A stretch of DNA of 64,000 nt from Octopus vulgaris (taxonomy: Eukaryota), in assembly GCA_951406725.2 (NCBI GenBank), contig OX597832.1, positions 61,194,001 through 61,258,000 of the forward strand, in the 5' to 3' direction. Below, in pieces: positions 1 through 14,772 of the stretch. The notes beneath the pieces are model-generated. The model saw nothing but the letters and a program-made list of their open reading frames with translations. It made no database searches and was not told the origin of the DNA. The number at the start of each line of letters is the position of its first letter. Within the stretch, counting starts at the first letter, position 1. The position numbers were made by a program, and so were the translations under genes.

Positions 1-43
1 CCTTCATCGGAGACGGTGTGAGAGGAAAATTAAGTCATAGTTA

Positions 44-94
44 GTTTAGATGAAGGGATATTGTTAATTAATATCCTAGAAACAGCTGTAAGAC
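44..94 (+). ncRNA. Degenerate minimal type I hammerhead ribozyme (Penelope-type); inverted partner copy runs off the window start
   Basis: gttt-AGATGA-a-gggata..tatcc-ta-GAAAC-AGCT-GTA-agac; positions 1-25 read on the minus strand as cctctcacaccgtct-CCGATGA-agg, i.e. the start of the same motif. Confidence 0.55.
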
Positions 95-162
95 CTTCTA
101 TCTATAAATGCTCTAATATCTATACAAGCTTGGTTTTTTTTTCATCTTATTACGCAAAAATT

Positions 163-211
<49 letters not shown>

Positions 212-212
212 G

Positions 213-448
213 CAGGATGTTCAAAATGTCTCTCCGCAGTAAGTATTTAATGGTTTTCGGGCGATTCTTGTACATTGATCCTTTACTTGCTCCCCAGAAA
301 AAAAAAATCTGGCAGTGTTAAATCAGGTGATCTTGGTGGCTAAAGTCCCTTCGAAATAATCTGTTTACGGAAAAAACTCTTGAAGTAGCGCCATGGTGAT
401 GCGCAGGATGAAACAAATTCACTGCAGAGAGACTTTTTGAACACCCTG
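213..448 (-). mobile_element. Internally deleted Tc1/mariner-superfamily element (MITE-sized)
   Basis: 28-bp TIRs 213-240 and 421-448 (3 mismatches), inside TA/TG repeats; minus strand near 291-340 translates PPRSPDLTLPDFFF, matching the WPPRSPDLTPxDFFLWG transposase motif. Confidence 0.8.
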
Positions 449-461
449 TGTGTATATATAC

Positions 462-512
<51 letters not shown>

Positions 513-714
513 TGTACGACATAAAATGAAGAAATAATAGTTTGTCAGCCTGTGTTATCGTTTTCCAATCTTAATATTCCACACAAATATCACTGTAGTA
601 CTTACACACACGCGCGCGCGCAAAACACATCATCATCACAAAGAAATACTATTACATAACCTTGCTCATACAACATCTTCGTCTTCGCAAACGCACAGAA
701 ACCTTCACGTGCAT

Positions 715-789
<75 letters not shown>

Positions 790-1047
790 TCGAAAAGGAT
801 GACAAGCAAATACAACCTCGGGCGTGTTTGAAATTAGAACGTAAAGGTGGAAGAAATGCCGCTAAGCATTCTATCTCTGGCGCTAACGATTCTGTCAGTA
901 TCTCATCTTTTGCGCCAGTTCGCTGCCTCAACATCCAGAATTATAACAAGGATAATAATCATTCCGAATATGGATTCATTCGAATAACGATTGAAGGCTA
1001 TACATATTTGTCAGGGGAACATAGAGTGGATTAAATCAACCCCAGTA

Positions 1048-1238
1048 CACTAGCGTAGCTAGAGCGTGTCCCACTCGTGGGGAGGGGGCCCTTCCGTGTG
1101 CCACCCCCGGACCCCACAAAAAATACGTATTGCCTACTGCAGATCCAAAAGTGCCGGTCCTTTAAAAGTACTGCTCATTTAAAAGTCACCCCTTTAAAAG
1201 TGCTGCCCCTACCGCCTTTCTCCCCAGTTACGCTCGTT
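1048..1238. mobile_element. hAT-type MITE inserted in a SINE
   Basis: 8-bp target-site duplication ccccagta at 1040-1047 and 1239-1246; degenerate TIRs agcgtagct / agttacgct. Confidence 0.6.
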
Positions 1239-1446
1239 CCCCAGTATTATACTAATTCTAGAAGTGCATGGATCCTGGAAGGGTGAAAGGCTTAGAAACT
1301 GTGGTAGGATTTGAACTCATAATTGAATATCGTAAGGTATTTCAAGACGCGCCATGTTATTTATGCTCTAGTCCTAGTTGTTGTTCATGTTGATGATGAT
1401 GATGATGAGGAGGAGGAGAAGGAGAAAGAGGATGATAATGACTCGT

Positions 1447-1648
1447 TCTAATATAGGCAAACGGCCTGAAATTTGGTGGAGAAGGAACTGGTCAATGTAA
1501 CTGATCCTAGTGTGTAACTGGTACCGACCCCGATAAGATGAAAGGCAAAGTCGACCTCGTCGGAATTTGAACTGAGAACGTAGCGAAGGGCAAAATACCG
1601 CGAAGCATTTCGTTCAACGTGCTAACGGTTCTGCCAGCTTGTCGCCTT
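1447..1648 (-). mobile_element. SINE family A (tRNA-like head ggcggcgagctggcaga..., gttcaaattcc B box)
   Basis: Reverse complement of the copies at 5105, 13233 and 22238. Confidence 0.85.
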
Positions 1649-1714
1649 CATAATAATAATAATAATAATAATAATGATAATAATAATAGGAATAGTAATA
1701 ACAATAACAACAAC

Positions 1715-1855
1715 ATTTACATTATTTACATTTGACGGATATTTGTCCTCATCTTGTTTGTTGTTAACACAACGTTTCGGCTGATATACCCTCCAGCCTT
1801 CATGTGACTTGGGGAAATTTCGAACCTGGGTTCTCATTCCTAAGTTATTTTTCTA
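1715..1855 (-). mobile_element. Penelope-type terminal fragment with broken hammerhead, between (AAT)n and (TTA)n
   Basis: Minus strand 1806-1768: cac-ATGA-a-ggctg..cagcc-GAAAC-GTT-gtg; the CTG of the core is missing. Confidence 0.5.
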
Positions 1856-1860
1856 TGTTA

Positions 1861-1950
<90 letters not shown>

Positions 1951-2599
1951 AATCTTGGTGTTAGTAGCCCGCGCTCTTAACCACTACACCATACAACAAC
2001 AGCAAAAACAACAGCTCTATTGATAAATAATATGATAAAATATCGATCGACTGGAGCGATGCAGGGAATCGACTTCACCGATGTTATTAGCATCAAGGAA
2101 CAACCAAAGCCAGAAAGAAGAAACAGATTTGAACTTATTGTCAGAAGAAGCGTCGAATAGAATGACACGGAAGTGACGCCTGTATACTTCATTCATGCGT
2201 GGAAACATTGTCTTCTAATTTAACCAAGTCATGTTACTTCTCTCCGTCCTAAACCTTGCAGGAATTTTACAATAGACTCTTGTTGAACAAATAACATTTG
2301 AAGCTTCACTATAGAGAAGAATGGAAATGTCATTCTCTCCATTGGATGTATTCTTCTTAATCCTGTATAATGCCACGCTCACCGGAAATAATCTCGTGGA
2401 TTTTTGTGCCACCGTATGATTCTCAGATGGAGAAATGGTTGGCGTTTGTTTCCTTTAGGTCAGTGTCCGAATTGTATTCTTTGGAATCTGGGATTGCGGC
2501 AAAAGCCATTGAACCTTTCACTTGAGCTATTTCTAACACTCTCCCTGACCTCATCACGGCGTGACCGACGTTCTTTGTTCTCAAGGTGGCGATGCTGGC

Positions 2600-2623
2600 G
2601 ACGCTGGTGACGATGACGCCACC

Positions 2624-2658
<35 letters not shown>

Positions 2659-3150
2659 CGATGACGACGACGACGACGATGTTGACGACGATGATGATGA
2701 CGACGACGACAACGACGACGACGACGACGATGATGATGATTACGATGATGATGATGATGATTACGATGATGATGGTGATGATGATGATGATGATCATCAT
2801 TATTATGATTGCAGCGCCATTATAACAACAGGCACAGTTATCCCCCATTATCGTCGTCACAAGGATTATCACCACCACCACCACAACCACCACCTCTACC
2901 ATCATCATCATCATCGTCATCATTAGTATTACTACATCATCGTCGTCGACGTCATCACCATCGCCATTACCATATTTCCCCTTCCCACCATCACCACCAC
3001 TACCACGACTAATTTCCTTATCACTACACCATCGTTGTTGTCATCATCATCATCACCAGCACCACCAGCACCACCAGCACCACCAGCACCAGCACCAGCA
3101 CCACCACCACCACCATCATCATCATTACCACCACCACCACCACCGCCGCC

Positions 3151-3181
<31 letters not shown>

Positions 3182-3237
3182 CCACCACCACCACCAGCAC
3201 CACCACCACCATCACCACCACCACCACCACCGCCGCC

Positions 3238-3282
<45 letters not shown>
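2600..3282. repeat. Compound trinucleotide microsatellite (GAT/GAC then CAT/CAC/CCA)
   Basis: Direct reading; source of the poly-D, poly-H and poly-P pseudo-ORFs. Confidence 0.95.
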
Positions 3283-3283
<1 letters not shown>

Positions 3284-3646
3284 CTTCCTTTGAAGTGCAT
3301 CAACAACACATTACTAATTGATTCAGAGACATTTCTATCTTTAATGCTGCGAATTCTCAACTCTGTTGAGAAGCATATGAAGAGTTACGTCGCAGTTTCG
3401 ATTCCTGAACGTAACGATTTCACTTCAATTCACTTCATGTCACTTAGGTTATTCTTATTCTTCAAAGAAAGCCTTAACTTCATGGAATCTCATTTCTTCT
3501 GACCACTCATACTAGAAGTCATCAAGCGGCAGTTATTGATATTTTTCTTTTTTATTTCTTGGCTCTAGCTCAACCTCACCCAAACAGACAACGAATAAGG
3601 ACGCTCCAGTTATGACAATCCCATAAGCTTGCTTCCCGGCCACATA

Positions 3647-3909
3647 TAGACGCAGGAGTGGCTGTGTGGTAAGTACCTTGCTTACTAGCCACATGGTTCC
3701 GGGTTCAGTCCTGCTGCGTGGCGCCTGGGACAAGTGTCTTCTACTATAGCCTCGGCCCGACCAAAACCTTGTGAGTGGATTTGGTAGACGGGAACTGGAA
3801 AGAAGCCCATCGTTCATATATCTATCTATGTGTGTGTGTGTGTCTGTGTGTGTGTATGTGTGTGTGTGTCTGTGTCTGTGTGTATGTGAGTGTGCGTATG
3901 TGTGTGTGT

Positions 3910-3970
<61 letters not shown>

Positions 3971-4820
3971 TGTGTGTGCCTGTCCAACAGTGATTGCATC
4001 ATCCATACTCTCAACAATGCGCCCTTAAATATCATTTCTGATTACAAATATCTTGGGTCATACATATCATCATCTGGAAAAGACTTTCTAACTAGAAAAG
4101 GTATGGCCTGGTCAGCCTGTAATGACATGCATAAGATCTGGTCATCAAATCTAAGTAGAGACTTCAAACTTGAAATCTTCAAAGTCACAGTCGAACCAAT
4201 TCTACTATATGGCTCAGAAACCTGGACGTTATCAAAGAAGCTTGAGAGGCGGTTGGATGGAACCTACACTCGCCTCCTTATGAGAGCTCAAAATCTCTCG
4301 TGGAAGCGCCATCCAACCAAAATGCAAATATATGGGAAACTACCACCTGTGTCATCTCTTGTGAAAGGTAAGAGAGTCCAGTTTGCTGGACATTGTTGTA
4401 GAGCTGAAAAAGAGGTAATTTCTACTCTTCTCCTCTGGAAGCCATCTACTCGCAATACCAGAGGGCGCACACTCTCCTACCCTGATGTAATCTCCAGGGA
4501 TACAGGTATCCAGCAACAGGACCTCCGTAATGCCATGATGGACCGTGAAGTCTTGCGAAGCATGGTAAATTCCATTGTCTCGACCACGGTCGAACAATGA
4601 TGATGATGATGTGTGTTTGTCCTCTCCACCGCTTGACATTCCCTGTTGGTGTATCTGCGTCCCCATAAATTGGCGGTTCGGTAAAAAATTGAATAAGTAC
4701 CCCAAAAATAAATAAATAAAATAAAATAAAAAGTCCTAATCTCCATTCATTCGACCAAAATTTTCTCAAGGTGGTGCCCCAGTATGGCCGCCACTCCAGT
4801 GACTGAAAGAAGTAAAAGAA
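3647..4820 (+). mobile_element. SINE family B (CORE-like, internal TA/TG microsatellite), split by a LINE insertion
   Basis: 5' half 3647-3812 (ggagtggctgtgtggtaag..gggttcagtcc..caagtgtcttctactatagcc); 3' half resumes at about 4611-4820. Confidence 0.85.
3979..4610 (+). mobile_element. 5'-truncated RTE-type LINE, ORF C-terminus with (GAT)n tail
   Basis: Open frame to 4600: DYKYLGSYI, ILLYGSETWTL, QFAGHCCR; tandem gat tail straight after the stop. Confidence 0.9.
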
Positions 4821-5034
4821 AAAATCGTAGCAATGTCACAAGACAAATTGCTGGGGGAGCAACGCGGTGGATAAACGACTCCGTTGTTCACCAACGTTTA
4901 TTCATCGACCTTGGAAGTGCGAAAAGCGTCACCAGTGGGATTTGAACTTAGACCATAAAGAGAAATCATTTTCATTTCGAGATCTTTTCTTGGTCATCGT
5001 ACAACTCTTCCTACCTTTCCTTTATTAAAATAAG

Positions 5035-5492
5035 GGTTTAAAATTTTGGCGCAAGGCCAGAAATTTCGGAGGAGGGGTTAAGTCAATTACATCGACCCCT
5101 ACAAAGGCGGCGAGCTGGCAGAAACGTTAGAACGCCGGGCGAAATGCGTAGCCGTATTTCGTCCGCCGTTACGTTCTGAGTTCAAATTCCGCCGAGGTCG
5201 ACTTTGCCTTTTATCCTTTCGGGGTCGATAGATTAAGTACCAGTTACGCACTGGGGTCGATGTAATCGACTTTATCCGTTTGTCTGTCCTTGTTTGTCCC
5301 CTCTGTGTTTAGCCCCTTGTGGGTAGTAAAGAAATAATACATCGAACCCCACTAGTCAACTGGTACTTAATTTATCGACCCCCCGAAAGGATAAAAGGCA
5401 AAGTGGACCGCAGCGGAATTTGAACTCAGAACATGATGACGGACGAAATACCGCTATGCATTTCGCCCGGGTTGCTAAGATTCTGCCAGCTC
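5035..5492. mobile_element. SINE A (+, 5105-5337) nested in an older SINE A (-)
   Basis: Full plus copy flanked by near-duplicated tacatcga(a)cccc; the minus copy continues on both sides. Confidence 0.85.
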
Positions 5493-5749
5493 TTATGACA
5501 CAGAATGTCTAGTTATTCTGTCTTCTATAGGCGGAAGGCGTGATACTTTCTAGGGGAAGGGTTAGTCGGTTACATCGACACCAATGCACAACTGGTACTA
5601 TTTTATCGACCCGGAAAGATCGAAAGGCAATGTCGACTTTGGCGGAATTTGAACGCAGAACGTAAAACGGGGACAAGTGCTGCTATGCATTTTCTTTCGG
5701 TGTGTTGACGATTCTTCCTTCCCGCTGCCACACGACCAGTATAAAGATC

Positions 5750-6212
5750 CATTGTACTATGGGCACAAGACCTGAACCTTTTGGTGGAGGGTCTAGTCGT
5801 CTAACAGCGGCTCCAGTATTCGACTGGTAGGCGGCGAGCTGGCAGGAAGGCGGCGAGCTGGCAGGAAGGCGGCGAGCTGGCAGACACGTTAGCGCGTCGG
5901 GCGAAATGCTTAGCGGTATTTCGCCTGCCGCTACGTTCTGAGTTCAAATTCCACCGAGACCGACTTTGCCTTTCATCCTTTCGGGGTCGATCAAATAAGT
6001 ACCAGTTACGCACTGGGGTCGGTATAATCGACTTAGTCCGTTTCTCTGCCCTTGTTTGTCCTCTCTGTGTTTAACCCCTTGTGGGTAGTAAAGAAATAGG
6101 TACTAATTTTATCGACCCCAAAAGGATTTATCGACCCTGCAAGTCAAAGAATTAGAAGGTCCGCTAAGCATTTTGTCTCCGGTGCACCTACAATCTTGCC
6201 AGCTCTCCGCCT
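5750..6212. mobile_element. SINE A (+, 5830-6098, triplicated head) nested in an older SINE A (-)
   Basis: ggcggcgagctggcag starts at 5830, 5849 and 5868; the minus copy resumes at about 6099. Confidence 0.85.
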
Positions 6213-6435
6213 CTTGGTGACAAGTAGTATTTATAACACGGTATATAAAGTAAAAACAATACATATTCATAACACAGCACATGTAGCAACAGCTTGAAGC
6301 ATTTAAAACACGGCATGTGTAATAGCAAGACTGCTCTTGCTGTGATATGTCATGTCGAAACCGATTACAACCGCACGTATTGGACATGGTTTTACACAAA
6401 TACATTATATTCAAAGCTGCTACATGCGGCATTTG

Positions 6436-6910
<475 letters not shown>

Positions 6911-7552
6911 TAATAATTTTCTAAACACTTTGCTATAAATTGAGTGAATTATTATTCCAAATGCCATGTGCTCCGTTCACAGAAACCAACATGAACCATA
7001 CTAGCATTGCACATGAAAATTCAATTGTTCTTACCAATTCCTTACTACCCCCCATCTCTCTCTCCCCATATCCCCCTCTTCGTCTTTCTCCCTCTCCTAT
7101 CTCTGTCCTCCACCCCCTCTCTATTTCTCTGTCTTTCTCAGTGTTGTGTTCTTTACTTTGCAGTGGGGTTTCGTGAAATTTTATGCATTTCATATATCAT
7201 TTTTGCTTAAAAAGAATTGAGCTGTGCTGGAATTAGAATAAAATCTACGATAGCCGAGGGGTTTGAGAAGTTGAAAATTGAAAAGAATTAGAACTAATAA
7301 TATTTTCAATAGTTTTAACGAAATTTTAATCAAACTACAACGCCAGCACCAGCCACCGGAGCAACAACTACAAATACAAAAACAGATATTTAATCCGACA
7401 AACATACTACTTGCACAGAAATAATTACAAACTCACTCACAAACGCTATACATATATATATATACCTTCCTGCTTCCATTTCCTGAGCGCCTATTAATAC
7501 TAATACTGCAATTGTTCCATTGTTGTTGTTTTTTTGTTTTCCTGTTTGGATT

Positions 7553-7607
<55 letters not shown>

Positions 7608-7633
7608 TATATATATATGCATATATATATGTG

Positions 7634-7690
<57 letters not shown>

Positions 7691-8007
7691 ATATATATAT
7701 GTATATATATATAATTATGATATATATATGTCTATGAATACAATGTATTTGTATGTATATTTATATAAAATATATGGATACATGCATAAATGTATATGTA
7801 TGTGTGTGTGTTTGTGTCTTTACACATCGATCTACGATATAAGTGTGTATATATTAGGGATATATATGCACAATATATGTATGTATATATATAGTTGTAG
7901 GTAGGTATGTATACATGCAAGCATAAACATAATTTATATATAAGTATGTATACATGCGTATACACACACACACACACATGCATATACATATACGCATACT
8001 GACGCGC

Positions 8008-8038
<31 letters not shown>

Positions 8039-8582
8039 TGCGTGTGAATAAACAAAAGTACATTTAAAGTTTTTGATTTACGCGTTTTCTCTCTTCTCTT
8101 TATGACGAATAATTTAGCGCTAAAATTCTGTTCGCGAAAATACTCTCACATGCACAAACACACGTTCAAACACACGTACATACACACCCGTATTTACACA
8201 CTTACGCAAACTCCTCGATTCTGTGTTTCTCGTAAACCGTGAAAAAAAAATAAAGTTTAACCCGAGAAATATGTTTTATGCAAATTTCGTTGAACGTTGG
8301 TTTATATAATAAATATATATAAATATACATTTATGACGATTTCTACATTTACATACTTACACACATACATACAAACATACATACATACAAACGTATATAA
8401 TACATACATGTATACATACATACATACATGCAGTCAAACTCAAAAGGACTCAGTGAATAATTTTAAATTATTTAATACGATGTATATGTGGTATACAGTA
8501 GATGAATGTATTACGTGTTCTGTATATCTGTGTATAACATTGTTTGCATGTATGTATGTATGCATGCATGTATGTATGTATG

Positions 8583-8613
<31 letters not shown>

Positions 8614-8815
8614 GTCTGCATGTATGTATGACTGTGTATGCGTGTGTGTGTGTAATCTGTGTATGCACGCGTGTGTGTATATATATACAACCACACTTAC
8701 AGAGTAACACACACACATACATACACACATGTTTATAATTCAAAATATGTGTTTATGTGTATCTGTATGTATGTGAGTCTATATTTAAGTGTGTGTATCC
8801 ATATGTGTCTGTGTG

Positions 8816-8886
<71 letters not shown>

Positions 8887-9217
8887 TTATATATATATGT
8901 GTGTATGCATGTATAATTGTGTATCACTGTATATACATATACATACATGCTTATATATGTATATAGTGCAGAGTGTCGCATATATAGAGACTTTATGCGA
9001 TTGATACCGTTAATTAGTTATGCTAAAGAATGCAAATTTCAGACAGCGTCAGTAAATTAAAACTGCCTGTGATAATTGCAAAGCAATATATTATATACAG
9101 TCTTCATTAGCAGGAGACTGATTGAGATAATTTACGTTGACTATGGAGACTTACACAACAATTGCTTCATTCCATCTAATTTCACAAACACACATATTCA
9201 CACACAAAGAACGACTA

Positions 9218-9253
<36 letters not shown>

Positions 9254-9628
9254 AATATATATATATATATATATATATACATACATACAAATATATATCT
9301 ACATCTATCTATCTATATGTATATATATGTATGTATGTATATATATATGTATATGTATATATATGTATGTATGTGTGTATATATATATGTGTGTGTGTAT
9401 ACAGTTGTTCTTACACACTTATGCCCACAGATTGTTGTCCAACGTGTGCGCATCCAACTATAGCACACTCAGTATTATAAGCATCTCTCTTTCTCTCTCT
9501 CTCTCTCTCCCTCCCTTCCTCTTTCTCTCTCTCCCTCTTTCACATACACACACAAACATATACACAGACACACACAGAGAAATACTTATACTTATCCTTT
9601 CATATATGTATACGTGTGTGTATGTATA

Positions 9629-9671
<43 letters not shown>

Positions 9672-9839
9672 TTTAAACATAGACACACATATATTCTTTT
9701 ATCCTTTTACTTGTTTCAGTCATTTGACTGTGGCCATGCTGGAGCGCCATATATAAATATACATATATACACAAAATATCATCTGTTGCTTTCATTGGTT
9801 TTCATATTTTATATATATATACAATCTGTTGTATGTATG

Positions 9840-9899
<60 letters not shown>

Positions 9900-10040
9900 T
9901 GTGTATGTGTGTTTAATGCATTCGTTTCTGTTCTAGGCACAAGGCCCGAAATTTAGATCGATCCCCAGTACTCAACTGGTACTTATTTTATCGTTCCCAA
10001 AAGAATGAAAGTCAAAGTCGACCTCGTGTGTTTAATACAT

Positions 10041-10089
<49 letters not shown>

Positions 10090-10374
10090 GACACACACAC
10101 ATTTATATACGCACGAATGGGCGAACTAAGGAAGGAAAACAGCACCGAAGACTTCTATGTTTGATCAGTGTTTGCTGAGTAACAGGTTGGTTAAGTTCCT
10201 CATGCTTCTTGTTTCTAAGATTTGGTTGAAGCACGTTTTATCTGATCAGACATTGCGAAGTAAAGACGAGATGGGCGTGCCTTCCTTCATGTTCACGGAG
10301 CATATTGAGTAACACGCCGAACTAAGCCAAAATATTTCTCGATCGATCAGTCTGTGTTTGGACGTATGCATATG

Positions 10375-11430
<1,056 letters not shown>

Positions 11431-12639
11431 CTTCCGTTTCCGTATGTTGAATGAAAATACATTTGATATCACTGCGCAATCGGAACCGTTCGGTTCAACG
11501 TTATGAATCTCTCTGCATAACTTTGTGAGGAACAACTCGACTAGTTTCGCTGCTCGTTACCAACTCATCAAAAATGTTTACCACTTCAGATTTTACGTGG
11601 GAGCGAGAAAGAAAGAAAAGGAACTGTGCGTTTGTGTGTGCGTGCGCGCGCACCTGTACGGATGTATGTATGTGTGTGTGTGCGTGCACGCGCGCGTGTA
11701 TGAATGGTGTATGTGTGTGTATGGGTTGGGGGCGTGTCTATTCATGAAATGTGTGGCGAACAACAGGTATTGCTTTTAGTCATTTGCATATGAGAACAAT
11801 CATTGGCGTTAGTTTTAATCAATTAATTAATTATAAAACTAAGGCGGCATCTTTGATAAATGTTTGAGCACTCCTGACAAAGTCGTAAATGAGTTAAAAT
11901 AAGAGCGTGTAATACATTCGTGGGGAGACTGCGGCACGTGAGGCTTTCTGGACGATACCACCAATGAGAAATTAACTTTTAGTATTGCTGCTCCCCTGAT
12001 CATGAGTCATGTGTCATTACAGCCCGCTTCTTAAAAGTGGTTGCCCATGTCTCTTCACCTATTTCTCTTCACCTATGTCTCTCCACCTTGTCTCTTCACC
12101 TAGAAACAGTAGCCAAATTCTCCTCAGTATCGACTTACATCAAATACGGTAAATTCTGAATAACGGCCAAGGCATATAGGATAACCTTGCTCTAGTTATA
12201 CCTAAAGACGGGACGGTTACGTCTGGAAAGATTTTCGAAAATAAATTTGCTTGTTCAGGACTGGCCTGCAGATAAAGCAAAACGGTAACAGTTGCTGCCG
12301 CAGGCAGGAACAACCACAAGAACAACAGCAACAGCGTATGCAACAACATCTACAGACTATTGTACAAGCATCGAATTTATCAAGTCATAAAACTTATAAT
12401 TTAGAATGATAACAATCTCCGGTACAGGCCGGAGGCCAAAAGTTTAATCGATTCCAGTATTTGATTAATAGTTTATTTTATCGTTTCCACCTCCCAGAAG
12501 AATAAAAGAGCAAAGTGGTCTTTGGAGGCTTTGGAACTCAGAACAGAAAAAATGATTACTAAACAACGCTGGGACACAACCAACTCTACCTGACAATCTA
12601 CCGATTCTGCGACATGACGTAATAACATGATAATGGATA

Positions 12640-12750
12640 TACGATGTTACTGTATGATAATGAATATATGATGTAACAGTACGATAATAAATATATGATG
12701 TAACAATATAATAATGAATATATGATGTAACGATAATGTAATGAATATAC
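12640..12750. repeat. Short degenerate minisatellite, about 4 units of 27-29 bp (core atatatgatgtaac)
   Basis: Direct reading. Confidence 0.7.
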
Positions 12751-12973
12751 TGCTACCATTGTCGGTGTTATTTATTAGCATCAGGTCGGTCTCTTTTGAT
12801 CAAACCTATGGTTAAGCCCGTTCATGTCCGTGACTATGGTTATCGATCGTATCTTATATCACACATGATAATGGACGCTGGCTTAGGTGTATGGTTACGA
12901 AGTTCGTATCTATATAGTTTCCACCGTGCGGCATTTTGGTCAAACATCTTCTAAAATAAAATAACTTTTACAT

Positions 12974-13630
12974 AGGCGTAGGAGTGGCTGTGTGGTAAGT
13001 AGCTTGCTTACCAAGCACATGGTTCCGGGTTCAGTCCCACTGCGTGGAACCTTGGGCAAGTGTCTTCTACTATAGCCTCGGGCCAACCAAAGCCTTGTGA
13101 GTGGATTTGGTAGACGGAAACTTAAAGAAGCCCGTCGTATATATATGTATACACACACACATATACACACACACACGCACGCACACACACACACACACAC
13201 ATACACATATGCATATATATGTGTGTGTTTGAAGGCGGCGAGCTGGCAGAAACGTTAGCACGCCGGGCGAAATGCGTTGCCGTATTTCGTCTGCCGTTAT
13301 GTTCTAAGTTCAAATTCCGCCGAGGTCGACTTTGCCTTTCATCCTTCCGGGGTCGATAAATTAAGTACCAGTTACGCACTGGGGTCGATGTAATCGACTT
13401 AATCCCTTTGTCTGTCCTTGTTTGTCTCCTCTGTGTTTAGCCCCTTGTGGGTAGTAAAGAAATGTATATATGTGTGTTTACGTCCCTGTAATTTAGCGGT
13501 TCGGCAAAATAAACCGATAGAATAAGTACTAGGCTTACAAAGAATAAGCCCTGGGGTCCATTTACTCGACCAAAGGTGGTGCTCCAGCATGGTCGCACTC
13601 AAATGACTGAAACAAGAAAAAGAGTAAAAG
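12974..13630 (+). mobile_element. SINE B with a SINE A (13233-13463) inserted in its internal microsatellite
   Basis: B 5' half, CA/TG tract, complete A, then B 3' half. Confidence 0.9.
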
Positions 13631-13829
13631 AATATATTGTATGTAATATACACATACAGTCGATAGGCCAGTTACTGTAATATTTGTCCTAAGATAACAT
13701 TAATTAAGGACTTGCCGTGTTAAAAGCACAATGAATATCAGAGAGACACGAAAATCTGTACCAGCAGCGGCCAGCAATAGCGCCAAATGCATTCCGAACG
13801 TTTTGGGACCGTTCGGTGGGCTAATAAAT

Positions 13830-14147
13830 GGTTCTCCGTCGGTTACGACGACAAGGGTTCCAGTTGATTTGATCAACGGAACAGCCTGCTCTAGAAATTA
13901 GGGTGTATATGGCTGAACACTCCACAAATATGCATGCCTTGAACGTAATTCTCAGGGAGATTCGGCATTGAATATGACAAGGCTGGCTCTTTGAATTACA
14001 GATGCAACTCATTTTTGCTAGCTATGTGGACTGGAGAAACGGGAAATGGAGTGTCTTGTTCAAGTGCACAACGCGTCGACGCGTATCGAATTCTCGAGCT
14101 TACGGTCATGAATCGAGTGCCCTAACCACTAAACCACACTCCTTCAC
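13830..14147 (-). mobile_element. SINE family C, tail type 1
   Basis: Reverse complement of the copy at 45330-45642; tRNA-like head gtggtttagtggttaggg. Confidence 0.75.
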
Positions 14148-14505
14148 ACAAGAGATAAAATTTCAGTAGTGTGTATACATTGTGTATGCTACATAGATTC
14201 CTATTTTAATTAAATGCTGCCTCACCTGCGAAAGCGCTACTTCTAAAATAGTTTAAAGCTAACCAAAACATTACGAGTGAAAATTGGTAGATGTTGGAAC
14301 TGTGTGGGAAACCCACTGAAAAGACCATTGCTTTCATAGGTGATAGGTTTAATGCGGCCGGTGCAATTCCATGGTCATTCGGACCGACGAGGGTCATTAC
14401 ACTTTATATATATATAGTTGGAATTTGCAAAAACACAAAAGACGAAGACAGGTGTGTAAACAACAAAATGGTGTATTAGTTTAACGCTCAGTAAGGTGAG
14501 AAAGT

Positions 14506-14541
14506 CTTTTACGTTTCGAGCCTACGCTCTTCAACAGAAAG
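14506..14541 (-). ncRNA. Minimal hammerhead-like fold with CUGUUGA core, in a ~175-bp TA-flanked element (about 14416-14590)
   Basis: cttt-CTGTTGA-a-gagc-gtag-gctc-GAAAC-GTA-aaag. Confidence 0.6.
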
Positions 14542-14588
14542 GAACACGAAAAAATAAACAGAGAGAATAAAAAAGAAAGCTTTAGTAG

Positions 14589-14641
<53 letters not shown>

Positions 14642-14736
14642 ATGTGTATGTGTGCGTGTGTATAAATACATATATATACATACATACAAATATATATATC
14701 TTTGTATGTATATATATGTATATATGTGTGTATATG

Positions 14737-14772
<36 letters not shown>

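Noticed and set aside
1990-2590. Unique-looking sequence as possible host exon
   Set aside because: No long frame or recognisable domain on either strand.
2423-3502. Poly-Asp/His and poly-Pro/Ser ORFs resembling biomineral or extensin proteins
   Set aside because: Pure trinucleotide microsatellite open in several frames; no signal peptide, splice context or domain.
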